The notes below the pieces were generated by a model. The model was not told the origin of the DNA, made no database searches, and worked only from the letters and a program-made list of their open reading frames with translations. A DNA stretch of 64,000 bases from Eledone cirrhosa. Taxonomy: Eukaryota. The stretch spans positions 372,682,001-372,746,000 of the forward strand of contig OZ024742.1 of the NCBI GenBank assembly GCA_964016885.1. Direction: 5' to 3'. Positions 60,921 to 64,000 of this stretch are shown piece after piece (position 1 is the stretch's first letter; each line of letters starts with the position of its first letter). Made by a program: the position numbers and the translations under genes.

Positions 60921-62847
60921 CTCTTTCTATATAAACTGTAAATCTCATTCTATATAAACTGTAAATCTCTTTCTATATGAACTGTAAATCTCATTCTATA
61001 TAACTTGTAAATCTCATTCTATAAACTGTGAATCTCATTCTATATAAACTGTAAGTCTCATTCTATAAACTGCAAATCTCATTCTATGAACTGTAAATCT
61101 CTTTCTATATAAACTGTAAATCTCATTCTATATAAAATGTAAATCTCATTCTATAAACTGTAAATCTCTTTCTGTATAAACTGTAAATCTCATTCTATAT
61201 AAACTGTAAATCTCTTTCTATATAAACTGTAAATTTCATTCTATAAACTGTAAATCTCTTTCTATATAAACTGTAAATCTAATTCTATATAAACTGTAAA
61301 TCTCTTTCTATATAAACTGTAAATCTCATTCTATATAAACTGTGAATCTCATTCTATAAGCTGTAAATCTCTTTCTATATAAACTGTAAATCTCATTCTA
61401 TATACACTGTAAATCTCTTTCTATATAAACTGTAAATCTCATTCTATATAAACTGTAAATCTCATTCTATAAACTGTAAATCCCTTTCCATATAAACTGT
61501 AAATCTCATTCTATATAAGCTGTAAATCTCATTCTATAAACTGTAAATCTCTTTCTATATAAACTGTAAATCTCTTTCTATATGAACTGTAAATTTCTTT
61601 CTATATAAACTGTAAATCTCATTCTATATAAGCTGTAAATCTCATTCTATGAACTGTAAATATCTTTCTATATAAACTGTAAATCTCATTCTACATAAAC
61701 TGTAAATCTCATTCTATAAACTGTAAATCTCTTTCTATATAAACTGTAAATCTCATTCTATATAAACTGTAAATCTCTTTCAATATAAACTGTAAATTTC
61801 ATTCTATAAACTGTAAATCTCTTTCTATATAAACTGTAAATCTCATTCTATATAAACTGTAAATCTCATTCTATATAAGCTGTAAATCTCATTCTATTAA
61901 CTGTAAATATCTTTCTATATAAACTGTAAATCTCATTCTATATAAACTGTAAATTTCATTCTATAAACTGTAAATCTCTTTCTATATAAACTGTAAATCT
62001 CATTCTATATAAACTGTAAATCTCTTTCTATATAAACTGTAAATCTCATTCTATATAAACTGTGAATCTCATTCTATAAACTGTAAATCTCTTTCTATAT
62101 AAACTGTAAATATCATTCTATATACACTGTAAATCTCTTTCTATATAAACTGTAAATCCCATTCTATATAAACTGTATATATCATTCTATAAACTGTAAA
62201 TCACATTCTATAAACTGTAAATCTCTTTCTATATAAACTGTAAATCTCATTCTATATAAACTGTAAATCTCTTTCTATATGAACTGTAAATCTCATTCTA
62301 TATAACTTGTAAATCTCATTCTATAAACTGTGAATCTCATTCTATATAAACTGTAAGTCTCATTCTATAAACTGCAAATCTCATTCTATGAACTGTAAAT
62401 CTCTTTCTATATAAACTGTAAATCTCATTCTATATAAAATGTAAATCTCATTCTATAAACTGTAAATCTCTTTCTGTATAAACTGTAAATCTCATTCTAT
62501 ATAAACTGTAAATCTCTTTCTATATAAACTGTAAATTTCATTCTATAAACTGTAAATCTCTTTCTATATAAACTGTAAATCTAATTCTATATAAACTGTA
62601 AATCTCTTTCTATATAAACTGTAAATCTCATTCTATATAAACTGTGAATCTCATTCTATAAGCTGTAAATCTCTTTCTATATAAACTGTAAATCTCATTC
62701 TATATACACTGTAAATCTCTTTCTATATAAACTGTAAATCTCATTCTATATAAACTGTAAATCTCATTCTATAAACTGTAAATCCCTTTCCATATAAACT
62801 GTAAATCTCATTCTATATAAGCTGTAAATCTCATTCTATAAACTGTA
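60218..62847 (+). repeat. Tandem duplication, 2 x 1302 bp
   Basis: ATTTCTTTC 60291/61593, CAATAT 60479/61781 and TCCCTTTCC 61481/62783. Confidence 0.92.
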
Positions 62848-63189
62848 CATCTCTTTCTATATAAACTGTAAATCCCATTCTATATAAACTGTATATATCA
62901 TTCTATAAAATGTAAATCTCATTCTATATACTGTAAATCTCTTTCTATATAAACTGTAAATCTAATTCTATATTAACTGTAAATCTGATTCTATAAACTG
63001 TAAATCTCTTTCTATATAAACTGTAAATCTCACTCTATATAAACTGTAAATCTCTTTCTATATAAACTGTAAATCTCGTTCTATATAAGCTGTAAATCTC
63101 ATTCTATAAACTGTAAATCTCTTTCTATATAAACTGTAAATCCCATTCTATATAAACTGTATATATCATTCTATAAACTGTAAATCACA

Positions 63190-64000
63190 TTCTATAAACT
63201 GTAAATCTCATTCTATATAAACTGTAAATCTCTTTCTATATAAACTGTAAATTTCATTCTATAAACTCTAAATCTCTTTCTATATAAACTGTAAATCTCA
63301 TTCTATATAAACTCTATATATCATTCTATAAACTGTAAATCTCAGTCTATAAACTGTAAATCTCTTTCTATATAAACTGTAAATCTCTTTCTATATGAAC
63401 TGTAAATCTCTTTCTATATAAACTGTAAATCTCATTCTATGTAAGCTGTAAATCTCATTCTATGAACTGGAAATCTCTTTCTATATAAACTGTAAATCTC
63501 ATTCTATATAAACTGTAAATCTCTTTCTATATAAACTGTAAATCTCATTCTATATAAATTGAATCTCATTCTATATAAACTGTAAATCTCTTTCTATATA
63601 AACTGTAAATCTCATTCTATATAAACTGTAAATCTCATTCTATATAAACTGTAAATCTCATTCTATAAACTGTAAATCTCTTTCTATATAAACTGTAAAT
63701 CTCATTCTATATAAGCTGTAAATCTCATTCTATTAACTGTAAATCTCATTCTATATAAACTGTAAATCTCATTCTATATAAACTGTATATATCATTCTAT
63801 AAACTGTAAATCTCAGTCTATAAACTGTAAATCTCAGTCTATAAACTGTAAATCTCTTTCTATATATACTGTAAATCTCTTTCTATATAAACTGTAAATT
63901 TCATTCTATAAACTCTAAATCTCTTTCTATATAAACTGTAAATCTCATTCTATATAAACTGTAAATCTCTTTCTATATGAACTGTAATTATCTTTCTATA
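63190..64000 (+). repeat. Third copy of the block at about 59130-59940 (and about 47880-48690), offset 4057 bp, running off the window
   Basis: ATTGAATCTC 59501/63558 and TGAACTGTAATTATC 59921/63978. Confidence 0.85.

Larger units (their letters stand above)
1..64000 (+). repeat. AT-rich tandem satellite array of 23/21-bp monomers, consensus AAACTGTAAATCTC[A/T]TTCTAT(AT); both ends run off the window
   Basis: AAAC recurs at 12 and 35 (period 23) and CTGTAAA at 61 and 82 (period 21). The same motif continues head-to-tail in one orientation to position 64000 with only scattered substitutions and rare indels. Confidence 0.99.

Noticed and set aside
1-64000. CRISPR array (repeat length 21-23 bp)
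   Set aside because: Repeats abut directly, with no unique spacers, leader or cas genes.
1-64000. Repetitive protein-coding ORF (21-bp units read NCKSHSI in one + frame)
   Set aside because: Each monomer has two TAA on the + strand and TAG (plus TGA in A-type units) on the - strand. The frequent 23-bp units shift the frame into stops within a few monomers.
1-64000. Telomerase-synthesised long telomeric repeat like the 23-25-bp repeats of Candida or Kluyveromyces
   Set aside because: It does not resemble the telomeric repeats I know and has no G-run. Variants are propagated in multi-kb blocks, which indicates DNA-level duplication instead of templated addition. A recombination-maintained terminal array is not excluded.
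1-64000. Plasmodium Rep20/TARE6-type 21-bp subtelomeric repeat
   Set aside because: Only length and AT-richness are similar. I see no sequence match I can support, and no database search was possible.
1-64000. Plasmid iterons or a replication origin (~22-bp direct repeats)
   Set aside because: Iteron clusters contain a handful of copies next to a rep gene. This array has thousands of copies and no gene.
1-64000. Pure sequencing or low-complexity artefact
   Set aside because: Rare variants recur in conserved order at fixed multi-kb offsets with graded divergence, which random error would not produce. Only the copy number of the identical blocks remains in doubt.
1-64000. Embedded transposon, inversion, tRNA or rRNA
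   Set aside because: I saw no non-satellite stretch and no reverse-orientation monomer (TTTACAGTTT) on the + strand.

Overview
The whole 64 kb window is one uninterrupted, single-orientation, AT-rich (~22% GC by consensus) tandem satellite array of roughly 2,850 monomers. The consensus is AAACTGTAAATCTC[A/T]TTCTAT(AT), in two length classes of 23 and 21 bp. I found no genes, RNA genes, transposons, CRISPR spacers or unique sequence. The information lies in the order of variant monomers. These reveal a monomer grammar (T23-A23-A21) and nested duplications with offsets of 178, 337, 628, 1302, 1482, 3025, 3946, 4057, 4309, 6900 and ~11,000-11,900 bp. They also define two sub-domains with different marker sets, separated by a more diverged zone at ~25.5-27.7 kb. 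I do not recognise the satellite family or organism; a eukaryotic heterochromatic, centromeric or subtelomeric origin is an inference. I cannot support a novel gene-based system. All offsets were read by eye from marker positions, and breakpoints are approximate to about one monomer.
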